Notes: generated by a model from the letters alone, not told the origin. DNA of 64,000 nucleotides from an uncultured Gemmatimonadota bacterium (GCA_964626665.1 CAZVGK010000006.1:51393-115392), one strand, 5' to 3'; counted from the first letter of the stretch, positions 19,150-28,995 are shown. Program-made: numbers and translations.

Positions 19150-19851
19150 GTAGCTAAGAAACGAAACAAAAAAATTTGGCTTGGGATTGTAGGAGGTCTT
19201 TTTGGCCTTCCGATTTTCCTATTTGTTATACTGGTTATAGTGGCTATTTTCGGTGGATTGGATGAATCTACCCGACCTGCCAGTAAAGTTGTGGAGGCTC
19301 AAAAGAATGCTCCGAAAAAAGTTGTAAAGACTCAGCCGGATACCATTTTTGTAGATCCACCCCAAAAACTCTATGTTATACCTGCTAAATTGAATATGCG
19401 GGTTGGCCCCGGCACGAATCATAAAGTGACCAAGACCATATCGGGTGGGCCTGAGTTTTATGTGAAGGGTATAGCAGTTTATGGAGATTGGGCTAAGCTC
19501 AAACGGACTTGGTGGCATCTGGGTGGTTGGGTTTGTCGGAAATATCTCGGCTCTAAGGAAGTGGCCGCAGCTGCAGAGCAGAAGAGAAATGCTGCAGAGC
19601 AAAGACACAGACAGACCCAGGATGAATGGCTTTCGGCCGGTATGAGAATATACCCTGGTGTTAAAATCTATTATGGAGATGGGCCTCAGAAGCGATATGT
19701 GGGTACAGTAATCGAAACCGGCCAAATTGACGGCAAGCGGGCGGTGCTTTTAGAGCCAGGAGGATGGAAATATCGAAATAGTTTGATTCAGTGGGGTTGG
19801 GTTCTAAGAAGCCAGTATGAAGAAGCGAAACGCAGATATCTCGGAGAATAG
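19150..19851 (+). CDS. Membrane-anchored SH3b-domain protein (start codon anomalous)
   Basis: LNMRVGPGTNHKV...WAKL...GWVC SH3b motif. The frame is open upstream of 19240 through a basic stretch and TM segment to a GTA codon following AAGGAGG. Confidence 0.7.
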   Translation, partial: VAKKRNKKIWLGIVGGLFGLPIFLFVILVIVAIFGGLDESTRPASKVVEAQKNAPKKVVKTQPDTIFVDPPQKLYVIPAKLNMRVGPGTNHKVTKTISGGPEFYVKGIAVYGDWAKLKRTWWHLGGWVCRKYLGSKEVAAAAEQKRNAAEQRHRQTQDEWLSAGMRIYPGVKIYYGDGPQKRYVGTVIETGQIDGKRAVLLEPGGWKYRNSLIQWGWVLRSQYEEAKRRYLGE

Positions 19852-20027
19852 TTGAGCAAAGACTGTCTCTCTGGGGGTTGAATAAAAGGGAGGAAGGGAA
19901 TCGTATCTTTACTCTTGACTTTCCGATATCTTAAGCTATAATAATCATCAAGCAGCCTTTCTCATTCAAAAATCAAGAATAAAGATGTGACCCCTTTTAC
20001 CCTTCTTTTAAGGAGATTTAGCTTTCT

Positions 20028-20873
20028 ATGAACAAAACAATCATAAGAAGATATTTCTCTGTGGATACCTATGAAGCCATAAGAAATGACTTCCGATTCC
20101 TGATTAAGAAAATCAAACAGTCAGGATTTGAATATGACTTACAGATAAGGAATAACTATTTTAATCTTTACTACAAAGGCAACAGTTTGGGAAAGATCTC
20201 ATACAATAAAAAGCTAAAACAATATAGAATTGGAATTCATACTAAATTCATCAATGACAAAATAAAGAAAAGGAAGGGATTTAAGCCAGAACGATCCGGG
20301 AATTATTTGATATTTAAACTATCACCGAGTCAGCTTCATCCTCTTTTTAGCTCACGAAACCTTGCTTCCATGAGCCAAAAGGTTAAAGAAGTGAATTTTA
20401 AAGAGGAAATTTCATTTGAACAAATGTTGATGACAGACAACCTGAACAGAGAAGATTTAATCATCATAGATAGGCAAATTGTAGACACTACAGATAGGTC
20501 CAAAATGGATTTATTGGCCTTGAGACAGAAGAAAAATCATGATTATAGCTTCTGCATCATTGAAGTTAAACTTGGAAACAACTCGGAACTAAAGGGATAT
20601 GTTATTGGACAGTTGGATAGCTATATCCAAAAGATTTCAAGGAGTTTTGAGCAGTATAAGAAGTGTTATGAGTTGAACCTCAGACAAAAGCAAGGATTGG
20701 GGTTGATTGACCGAAATCTTGAAATCAATATAGTTCCTGGTGTTATAGGAATAGTTGTGGTAGGTGGTTATTCAGGGATAGCTGAAAAGAGTATCAGGGA
20801 GCTTAAATCCAAATCTCCCAGTATAAAGATCATTCATCTAAAAAATGTGATTGATTTCTCGAAAATTGTTTAG
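20028..20873 (+). CDS. AT-rich hypothetical protein with a PD-(D/E)XK nuclease-like motif
   Basis: MDLLAL...IIEVKLG..Q..Y; RBS AAGGAG; TTGACT-N16-TATAAT at 19915-19942. Confidence 0.6.
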   Translation: MNKTIIRRYFSVDTYEAIRNDFRFLIKKIKQSGFEYDLQIRNNYFNLYYKGNSLGKISYNKKLKQYRIGIHTKFINDKIKKRKGFKPERSGNYLIFKLSPSQLHPLFSSRNLASMSQKVKEVNFKEEISFEQMLMTDNLNREDLIIIDRQIVDTTDRSKMDLLALRQKKNHDYSFCIIEVKLGNNSELKGYVIGQLDSYIQKISRSFEQYKKCYELNLRQKQGLGLIDRNLEINIVPGVIGIVVVGGYSGIAEKSIRELKSKSPSIKIIHLKNVIDFSKIV

Positions 20874-21072
20874 GATTGATCTGTGAGACTGACTATTGAC
20901 GGAATAAAACAAGCTGGCAGAACTTCTGTTCTGCCAGCTTTTCTTTTGCCCCCAGAAGAGGGAATCTGAGGGGTCAGTAGAACAAGTCTTAAATTGACTT
21001 TTCCCCCTAATAGTTGAGGACTTCAAGAGTTCCTCTATTTTCTCCATTCGGATAGCAAGCCTCAAAAATTCC

Positions 21073-21100
21073 TAAAGTTTTCGCTAAAAAATGCCGAAAA
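21073..21100 (+). promoter_or_regulatory. Second sigma28-type promoter (paralogous copy)
   Basis: TAAA-N16-GCCGAAAA within a diverged duplicate of 18778-18966. Confidence 0.55.
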
Positions 21101-21311
21101 GATATTTAGTGAAGTAAGGTTGCCTTCCATTCTGTGATAGCCTGATGGGAAAGCTTGATTTCCGTGGATGGGGGAGCTAACAGCGGGAAGGAAAGGTTAT
21201 CACTGAGGTGGCACTAAGGAAATGCGATTTGATCTGTGGGAGGGCAGTTTTTTATAATTTTATGGACGTCCCCTTTCCTTGAAAATTAAATAAGAAAGGA
21301 GATGAAATAAA

Positions 21312-21575
21312 GTGAAATATGCAGATTTAGTTGGATTTGTTGATGAGGTCATTATAGGTTTTACGGATTCGATTACAGATCAAGTTTTCTTGATGATTGA
21401 ACGTGATAAGGAGGTAAGGAGAAAATATGATAAATTGGTCGAAAAATATGGAGGGGGAGCTATGAATCGTCAAATTGGGAAGATTGTGAAACTGCATCTG
21501 AATCTTAAGAATACTCATCGGACCTGGAAACCTCAGAGTAATTTGATTGATAGTTATACCAATCACGTGGTTTAA
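21312..21575 (+). CDS. Hypothetical protein
   Basis: 87-aa ORF with RBS AAGGAG and GTG start. Confidence 0.6.
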   Translation: MKYADLVGFVDEVIIGFTDSITDQVFLMIERDKEVRRKYDKLVEKYGGGAMNRQIGKIVKLHLNLKNTHRTWKPQSNLIDSYTNHVV

Positions 21576-21613
21576 GTTTTGTATAATTGATAAAAAAAGG
21601 AGGTGAGGTTTTA

Positions 21614-22207
21614 ATGAAAAGGTTAATCTTTTTTTTAATTCCATTATTGCTTCTTTCAATTACTTCAGCTATTGCTAGTAATGTCTGGATTCTAATTGTC
21701 CCAAAACTGAATGTTCGTGATGGTCCTTCAACTACTTATCCGGTTATTGGATCAATTGGCTACCTTGATGGTATCACAATCCTTGATGAAGAATCCGATC
21801 GGGATTGGGCAAGAATTAGCTATTCAAAAGATGATGCTGAAATCTCTGGTTGGGTTTGTACAAAATACTTACAGAAAATGTCAGAAGCAAAATACGAAGC
21901 ACTCTGGCTTTTTACATTAGCGATGGAAACAATTCATAAGAAATCGGAAGATGAAGCAATAAGACTATGGAATCGAGATGTAGATGATTTGTCTTCTGAT
22001 GAAGAATGGCTAAATTTTGCTCAACAATACGCAGAGGCTATAGATCAATATTCACGGAGTGAAAAACAAGCTTACGAATGGACACATTCTAATCTTGATC
22101 CGAAAACTAACAAAGAATATTTTCATCTCCTCGGACAAAGATATATGGCGGTTATGTTGCTCCTGCGTATTGAAAGTGACCGGAAAAAGTTGAAAGGAGA
22201 ACAATAG
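21614..22207 (+). CDS. Secreted SH3b-domain protein
   Basis: Signal peptide MKRLIFF..AIA; LNVRDGPSTTYPVIG..WARI..GWVC; RBS GGAGGTGAGG. Confidence 0.8.
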   Translation: MKRLIFFLIPLLLLSITSAIASNVWILIVPKLNVRDGPSTTYPVIGSIGYLDGITILDEESDRDWARISYSKDDAEISGWVCTKYLQKMSEAKYEALWLFTLAMETIHKKSEDEAIRLWNRDVDDLSSDEEWLNFAQQYAEAIDQYSRSEKQAYEWTHSNLDPKTNKEYFHLLGQRYMAVMLLLRIESDRKKLKGEQ

Positions 22208-22753
22208 GATTAAGGCAATCCGAGAATAGATAGGATAAAAGGCAGAACTTTATGTTCTGGTCTTTTTTTATCGGGTGGGGACGTCCATAAAATCATAAAA
22301 AACTATTTTCGCACAGTTCAAACCTCTTTTCTTTGCTTATCTTCTTCCTCCATTCACTGTGATGCTTATGGCGGGTTGGTTTGAAATATGGGGAGACTTC
22401 CCTCAGGTGGCAGAACTTCAGTTCTGCCACCTTTTTTGCCTCTCAATGTCAGCCCTGATAGCCTGATCTATTTAAAATTCCTAATCGTTGCTGCAAGGTT
22501 CGGGTCGCATAAATGCGACCCCTACATACTCTACCGGTCAGGTCAAGGTTGCTTCTACCCGACTTTAGTCGAGGGTTAAAAAGCCAAGATGGCATCCCGA
22601 TAAATCGGGATGCCACGGTCAGATGAGGGCATCTGGCCGCTCGATTGTAGGTCGATCGAAGCATCTGAATGTAATCTTGTGAATAATGCGGGCTAGCACA
22701 ATGATAGAAATAGTTGTTGACTACCCCCTTTTGATTTGGTATTTTCCCTGCAG

Positions 22754-24502
22754 ATGAAATGGCTAAACCATAACATTTGGAGGGGGTTTTCTTTATCCCT
22801 TCTGGTTCTCCTTCTCTCCGGCTTGGCCCGAGGGGAAGATTTTATGGCTCCCGACGAGCTTAAGCCAGGAATGAAGGGGGTGGGGAAGACCGTGTTCCAG
22901 GGGATGAAGGTGGAGGAATTTGGGGTGGAGATCCTGGGGGTCTTGAAGAAATGGCGGCCCAATGGGGACCTTATCTTAGCTAAGCTTAGCGGCGGTCCCT
23001 TAGAGGGGACGGGGGTTATTGCCGGAATGAGCGGCAGTCCAGTCTATATTCAGGGAAAGCTCATCGGGGCCATTGCCTATGCCTGGCCCTTCTCCACCCA
23101 ACCCATAGCGGGCATTACCCCGATAAGGGAGATGTTGAGACCATCCCTGGGAGGAGGGGGTGAGGCCTTCCCTCAGAAGTCGCGGGGGCCCTCTAATTTT
23201 TCCCCTCTGGCCACGCCTGTAATGCTTTCCGGATTCCCCCCCCAGGTCTTGGAGGAGATGATCCCCTTTCTCAAGGGCCTTAGTTGTTTTCCTCTGCAGG
23301 CAGAGGGCCAGGGGATGGAGGGTGGGGATGTTAAACCTCAACCCGGATCGGCCATTGGGGTGCAACTGGTGCGGGGGGATGCTGAGGCTATTGCCGTGGG
23401 TACTCTCACCTATATGGATGGCGATCGGATCTATGCCTTTGGCCACTCCTTCCTAAACGCCGGAGGGGTTGATTTTCCCTTTACGGGTATCTATGTCCAT
23501 TCCATACTCCCCAGCCAGGTGGTTTCCTTCCGCTTTACCTCCTCAGCTGCCCTTTGGGGCAAGATAAACCTGGATACCGAGACAGGCATCTCCGGGCAGA
23601 TTAAGGGGAAGGCTAAGCTTATCCCCTTGAAGATCAGTCTTACTTTACCAGATGCTACCAGGGATTACCATTTTGAGATCGTGGATCATAAGTTCCTTTC
23701 CTCCCAGTTCTTTCGCTGGGCATCCCTCAATGCCCTCCTCTCCTCTTTGGGAAGTAGAGAGGCTACCCTCAGGGTATTCTCCCAGATCTCCCTTAAAGGC
23801 TATCCCCCACTGGAAAGGGAGGACCTCTTCACTGGCTCGGCCCCCTCCTTTCCCTTGGCCGCGAAACTGGCTGATCTGATTAAGCGGCTTCAGGAAAATA
23901 AGTTTAAGAAGGCCCAAATAAAAGGGGTATCCCTCAGGATTAAGTTGGGGGAGGGGAGGAGGTCGGCGATTCTCCAGGGTCTATGGCTTGACCGTAATGT
24001 AGTCAGGCCTGGGGATAAAGTAGTGGTCACCCTCTTTTTTCAACCCTATTCAGGTTTTTCTTTTGCCAAAAAAGTAGAGATCCCCATTCCTACTACTGCT
24101 CCGGAGGGACAACTTTGGGTTAAAGCCGGGGCAGTCCAATGTGTGCACAATTGGGAGAAGGAGAGGAACCCTTATTACAACCTTCCCCGTAACTTTCCTC
24201 AGCTCTTAGAGACTATGCGTCAGGAAAAGGGGAACGATATTGTTAAAGTAGAGCTGGTGAGTTCAGTTTCAGGCTACTCAGTAGAGGGGAGGGAGCTTCC
24301 CTCTCTTCCCCCCTCGGCCCTGGAGGTAATGAGTTCTACTCCAGGCAAGGGAGGGAGAGGCTTAGTAAAGAGGGGGAGGATCTTTGAGAGTTGGTTGCAG
24401 CTTGACTATGTGGTCTCCGGTTGTCAGACGGTCCCCCTTGAGGTGAAGCCAAAGGTCCCCGGGAGTGAGGGGACAGAGACTGGAGTTAGAATTAAGAATT
24501 AA
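22754..24502 (+). CDS. SpoIVB peptidase S55 domain protein
   Basis: GMKGVGKTVFQG, GVIAGMSGSPVY, AFGH motifs; signal peptide; TTGACT-N17-TATTTT just upstream. Confidence 0.88.
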   Translation: MKWLNHNIWRGFSLSLLVLLLSGLARGEDFMAPDELKPGMKGVGKTVFQGMKVEEFGVEILGVLKKWRPNGDLILAKLSGGPLEGTGVIAGMSGSPVYIQGKLIGAIAYAWPFSTQPIAGITPIREMLRPSLGGGGEAFPQKSRGPSNFSPLATPVMLSGFPPQVLEEMIPFLKGLSCFPLQAEGQGMEGGDVKPQPGSAIGVQLVRGDAEAIAVGTLTYMDGDRIYAFGHSFLNAGGVDFPFTGIYVHSILPSQVVSFRFTSSAALWGKINLDTETGISGQIKGKAKLIPLKISLTLPDATRDYHFEIVDHKFLSSQFFRWASLNALLSSLGSREATLRVFSQISLKGYPPLEREDLFTGSAPSFPLAAKLADLIKRLQENKFKKAQIKGVSLRIKLGEGRRSAILQGLWLDRNVVRPGDKVVVTLFFQPYSGFSFAKKVEIPIPTTAPEGQLWVKAGAVQCVHNWEKERNPYYNLPRNFPQLLETMRQEKGNDIVKVELVSSVSGYSVEGRELPSLPPSALEVMSSTPGKGGRGLVKRGRIFESWLQLDYVVSGCQTVPLEVKPKVPGSEGTETGVRIKN

Positions 24503-24820
24503 GAATAAGGATTGAAAATAGAAATTGGAAAATGGAAATTGAGAGACCACTGATAACCACGGAATCGCACAGAGCTACCGGATAACTTCAAGGATTTAAG
24601 GTCAAGCAAACCTCCAGAATAAATCTTTTCCCAGTTCATTCCGTGGTGATCAATGGTGAAGATCCTTTGGCTAAGGATGGGTAGAAAAGTATGTATGAGG
24701 CACATTTATGCGCCCCGAACCTTACCACAAGGGACAAAGGCATTTACCTGATCTGACTGTGTCAGAATTCAAAATATTCCGTGAGCTGATCGAGGTGAAA
24801 AAAAATTTTAGGAGTAGCAG

Positions 24821-26878
24821 ATGAAAAGGACCTCCTTTTTCTTAATAATTTTCCCCCTTATTTTCCTTTGGCTAAATTATTCCCTTTCTACCACTACCTC
24901 TTTCTGGAGGGTGGAGCTTAAGGAGGATTTTGAGAAGGGAGAACCAGAGGGTATTTCCATATCCAGCCAAGGAGAGTTGATGATCTCCCCTAAGATTGAA
25001 CTCCTGGCTGACACCGGGGAACCCTATGTCTGGGCTCTGGCCAAAGATGCCCAGGGAAACCTGTATGCAGGAACGGGAGATGGAGGGAAGATATTCAAGA
25101 TTGACCGGAAGGGTAAACTCTCCCTTTTCTTTGACTCCCCCGAACTGGAGATCTTGAGCCTGATTACGGACTCAAGGGGAAACTTATATGCGGGAACCTC
25201 CCCAGATGGCCTTGTCTATAGTCTTAATCCTCAGGGCGAGGCTTCCACCTTCTTTAAAACCCAGGAGAGCTATGTCTGGTCTCTGGCGATTGATCCCTCA
25301 GGCAATCTTTATGCGGGAACAGGTGCCCAGGGGAGGATCTATCGGATTGACTCTAAGGGGAGGGGAAATCTTTTCTATTCAACCGGGGAGAAGCATATTA
25401 TGTGCCTTCTCTGGACCAAAGGGGGGCTTTTAGCCGGAAGTCAGGGAGAAGGGTTGGCCTACAGGATTTCTCCTCAGGGGAAGGGTTTTGTCCTCTATGA
25501 TCCTCCGCAAAAAGAGGTGAGGTCCCTGATTCAGGATGGGAAGGGGAATGTCTACTTAGGGACCATAGAGGCTGTAGGGCTGGAAGGGGAGGGAAAGAAG
25601 GGGGAGCAAGGAGGGAAGGGGGCAGTCTATAGGGTTTCCCCGAATGGTCCAGTTAGTAGGCTCTGTGAGCTTTCCTCAAAGCCCATCTATTCCCTCCTTT
25701 TGCGAGATGAGGCTGTCCTTCTCTTAGGGTCGGAGGGGGAGCTCCTCTCCTTGGACTCCTGGGGAAGGGTAGGTGATTTAGCCCAATTGGAGGGTCTGCG
25801 CATCCTTTGCCTTTTGCGGGGTAATGGGGGGGAGGCCTTTTTGGGGACTGCAGATGGAGGCAAGGTCTATAAGATCTCCCCGGGTTTTGGCCGCCAGGGG
25901 AGATATGAATCCCAGGTATTCGATGCCCAAACCATCTCCCGCTGGGGGAGGATAGATTGGAGGGGTGCGGTTCCCCATTGGACTGAGCTTACAATCAAGA
26001 CCAGGACTGGCAACACCCAGAGGCCAGATTCTACCTGGAGCGATTGGTCCCCCCCGTATAAGCAGGGGGAAAGGATAAAAAGCCCTGCGGCCAGGTTTCT
26101 GCAATTTCGGGTTGTCCTCTCCACCAGGGATGGCCAGATTTCCCCCTCTCTTAGCCAGTTAACCATATCCTATCTCCCCCGGAATCTGAGGCCGCAGGTT
26201 ACCTTCCTTAAGGTCTATCCTCCAGCCAAGGGCTTGGAGCTCCTTCCCTCGCCCCTGATGGGCCAAGCACCATCTTCAAGCTTTGCGGGAGAGGGCTCTC
26301 CCTTAGGGGGGAAGGGGAGGTGGATCCCCCAGGGGTTGCGGGTGACTAAATGGGAGGTAGAAGACCCCAATGATGATCAACTCAGTTACTCTCTCTATTA
26401 TCGCGGATGGGAGGAGGAAGGTTGGAAGCCCCTGAAGCGAGGGTTAAAAGATAAGGTATTTTCCTGGGATTCCCGTTCCCTCCCAGATGGAACATATTTG
26501 CTTAAGCTTGTGGCCACCGATTCTTCCTCCAATCCCCCCGGGATGGCGCTTGCAGGGGAGAGAGGGAGCCGTCCCTTCTTGGTGGATAATACTCCACCAG
26601 AGGTAGAGATTGGCTCGGTTACGTCTATGGGGAAAAGGAAATATAGGATTGCAGGAAGGATAAGGGATAAGACCAGTTTGGTAAAGGAGCTCTCCTATTC
26701 CTTAGATGGAGGTAGTTGGATGGGTTTATCCCCTCTTGATGGGATATTAGACAGCCCTCAGGAGGATTTCTCCTTTTCCTTGGGCCCTTTGAATAAGGGG
26801 GAACATACAATAGTGGTAAGGGCCAGGGACTTCTCCCTAAACATAGGAACGGTCAAAAGGGTGATTAAGGTCAGATAG
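24821..26878 (+). CDS. Secreted beta-propeller protein with C-terminal Ig/FN3-like domains
   Basis: Repeated D..GNLYAGT blades, signal peptide, DPNDDQLSY, PDGTY, VDNTPP. Confidence 0.8.
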   Translation: MKRTSFFLIIFPLIFLWLNYSLSTTTSFWRVELKEDFEKGEPEGISISSQGELMISPKIELLADTGEPYVWALAKDAQGNLYAGTGDGGKIFKIDRKGKLSLFFDSPELEILSLITDSRGNLYAGTSPDGLVYSLNPQGEASTFFKTQESYVWSLAIDPSGNLYAGTGAQGRIYRIDSKGRGNLFYSTGEKHIMCLLWTKGGLLAGSQGEGLAYRISPQGKGFVLYDPPQKEVRSLIQDGKGNVYLGTIEAVGLEGEGKKGEQGGKGAVYRVSPNGPVSRLCELSSKPIYSLLLRDEAVLLLGSEGELLSLDSWGRVGDLAQLEGLRILCLLRGNGGEAFLGTADGGKVYKISPGFGRQGRYESQVFDAQTISRWGRIDWRGAVPHWTELTIKTRTGNTQRPDSTWSDWSPPYKQGERIKSPAARFLQFRVVLSTRDGQISPSLSQLTISYLPRNLRPQVTFLKVYPPAKGLELLPSPLMGQAPSSSFAGEGSPLGGKGRWIPQGLRVTKWEVEDPNDDQLSYSLYYRGWEEEGWKPLKRGLKDKVFSWDSRSLPDGTYLLKLVATDSSSNPPGMALAGERGSRPFLVDNTPPEVEIGSVTSMGKRKYRIAGRIRDKTSLVKELSYSLDGGSWMGLSPLDGILDSPQEDFSFSLGPLNKGEHTIVVRARDFSLNIGTVKRVIKVR

Positions 26879-28472
26879 AGAAGGCCTCCCTGTATTCCTC
26901 CCAGAGCCTCTCCTTTCCTTCCCCTCCTTCCACTATCTCCCAGGGGAAAGTTTCCTCCTTGCCCTTCTGCCGATAGATATAAGGGTATGGATCAATGCCG
27001 CCCCTCTCCCAGGCCTGGTTCCAACTGATGTTCTCCTCTATGCGGTGGTAGAGAGCCATCCCCACCTTTCTGTTCCCCAAGGAGATGATGGCCTGAAGGG
27101 TGGCCTGGTGAGGGCTTTTTTGCACCCACCTTACCCCCATCCTTCTTATTCCCAATTCCAACCTCTTCAGTTTCCCCTTCATTTCCCTTTTCGCCTCTAA
27201 GGGGAGCCATTGAAAGGGGGTGTGTGGTTTGGGGATGAGGGGGTTTATGCTCACCGTTATCGCCTGGGTCCGGGGGGAGAAAGCTTTGGTAATTTTTTGG
27301 GTCAAATCTAATATCCCCTCAATCTCCTCTTCCTCCTCCTGGGGAGTTCCTATTAGATAATAGATTTTCATTCTCGTAAAACCAATTTGGGAGGCCAGCC
27401 TAACCCCGGCGAGGATGATCTCTTCCTCTACTTTCTTTCCCAAGATGACTCTTGTCCTCTCCGTCCCCCCTTCAGGGGCGATGGTGAGCCCTCTGGCCCC
27501 GGAGCCGAAGATGGCCTCTAAGAGCTTGGGGCGGAAGGAGTCAATGCGCAAGGAGGAGAGGCTGAGGAGATAGCCCTCCGCTGCCAGATGGATGCATACC
27601 TCCTGCAGGCTGGGCAAATCGGAGAGGGAGGAACCGATGAGCCCAATTCTTTTGGTTATCCCCTTAGCCCCATCTGCCTCTCTGTAAATTCTCTCCGTGG
27701 TCTTGAATCTTAGGGGGTAATAAATCTGTCGGGCAGCACAGAAACGGCACCTCCTGCCGCATCCCCTGGCCACCTCAATGAGATACATATTCGCAAAATA
27801 GGCCAGAGGGGTGACCACTTGAGAGAGAAGGGGGAGCTCGTTTAAGTTCCTCACCTGCCTCCTCTTTATCCTCTCCGGTAATCCTTCCTCCTTGGGGAGT
27901 GGGGGACCGGGATGGTCATCCCTGTAGAGGCTGGGGACATAGATTCCCTCTATCTGAGCAAATTGCCTGAGAAGTTCCCCTTTGCTGTGGTTTCTATCTT
28001 CTAACATTAGGCGACAGATCTTTGCCACTGCCCCCTCCGCCTCTCCAATGAGGATAAGATCAAAGAAGGGAGCCAGGGGTTCTGGGTTAATGGTGGGGGC
28101 TGCCCCCCCGCAGAGGAGCAGTGGCCTTCCCCTTTGGGAGGAGAGGAGAGGGATCTTCGCCTCCTTTAGAATTCGTAGGGAGTTAGGGTAGTCGAGCTCG
28201 TAAGGTAGGGAGAAACAGACCAAGTCAAAATTCCTCAAGGGGGTTTGGCTCTTCAGTGTCCTGCCTAATGGTTGTTCCAGGAAGAACCTCTCGCAACTTA
28301 CGCCATCCTGCAGGTTGAAGAGCATCCACACGGTCTGAAAGCCGAGGTTGGAGATTCCCACCTGATAGCGGTTAGCATAACCCAGGGCTACCCTTAACCT
28401 CCCTCCCCTTTTGGGGAGCTCTACCCCTTTTTCCTCGTGGAGTATTCTGTTAACTATTGGAGTCATATTCAT
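26871..28472 (-). CDS. Radical SAM protein (B12-binding-like N-terminus)
   Basis: EVARGCGRRCRFC (CxxxCxxC); SNLGFQ, NPEPLAPFFD, PKPHTPFQW. Confidence 0.88.
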   Translation of the reverse strand: MNMTPIVNRILHEEKGVELPKRGGRLRVALGYANRYQVGISNLGFQTVWMLFNLQDGVSCERFFLEQPLGRTLKSQTPLRNFDLVCFSLPYELDYPNSLRILKEAKIPLLSSQRGRPLLLCGGAAPTINPEPLAPFFDLILIGEAEGAVAKICRLMLEDRNHSKGELLRQFAQIEGIYVPSLYRDDHPGPPLPKEEGLPERIKRRQVRNLNELPLLSQVVTPLAYFANMYLIEVARGCGRRCRFCAARQIYYPLRFKTTERIYREADGAKGITKRIGLIGSSLSDLPSLQEVCIHLAAEGYLLSLSSLRIDSFRPKLLEAIFGSGARGLTIAPEGGTERTRVILGKKVEEEIILAGVRLASQIGFTRMKIYYLIGTPQEEEEEIEGILDLTQKITKAFSPRTQAITVSINPLIPKPHTPFQWLPLEAKREMKGKLKRLELGIRRMGVRWVQKSPHQATLQAIISLGNRKVGMALYHRIEENISWNQAWERGGIDPYPYIYRQKGKEETFPWEIVEGGEGKERLWEEYREAFSI

Positions 28473-28932
28473 TGCTCAGACCTTCAAGGGATTCCCCGCT
28501 GAATTGTTATGATTTTCTTATTTGTTTGTGTAGATTTGTCTATTCGTGTTATTCGTGTTCTATCAGTGAAATCCGTGTAATCTGTGGCTCTTTTCCCAAA
28601 GGCGAGGTGGCAGAACCCTGATTCTGCCACCTTCCCCCTGCCGTGGGGTAAAGGCACTTGATGGCTGGCGAAGCTTCGCCTTCCCGGCCAGGGACGGACA
28701 AACCGTCAAGCCCTGATAACCCAAACTGGGCGAAGCTCCGAATTTCAAATTGAAAATTGCAAAGTGTAAAAGTAAAAATCGTTATTGTCTCCAACCTGTT
28801 AAGCCCATAGCTTAGCTTTAATTTTGATATTTTCAATTTACAATCTGCAATTTACAATTGCTGGCTGCAAACCATACCATAAATTTCAAGAAGTTGCCTT
28901 ATGAAGCCAGCTAGTGGTGAACTGTTAACCAT

Positions 28933-28968
28933 AAAAAAGCAAAAAGCCGAGCTCCTCAACACTCGGCT
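28933..28968 (-). terminator. Intrinsic terminator
   Basis: Minus strand reads AGCCGAG-N10-CTCGGCT followed by TTTTGCTTTTTT, just after the 28996 stop. Confidence 0.6.
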
Positions 28969-28995
28969 GGATGGGGCAAGCTGTAATAGGCAGTT

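Larger units (their letters stand above)
21246..22304. repeat. 28-bp inverted repeats (1 mismatch) bracketing two genes
   Basis: AGTTTTTTATAATTTTATGGACGTCCCC (21246-21273) and GGGGACGTCCATAAAATCATAAAAAACT (22277-22304). Confidence 0.85.
17829..22774. mobile_element. About 4.9 kb accessory island bounded by 79-bp imperfect direct repeats
   Basis: 17829-17907 duplicates 22696-22774 (promoter and first codons of the S55 peptidase gene); the cargo is AT-rich. Confidence 0.6.
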
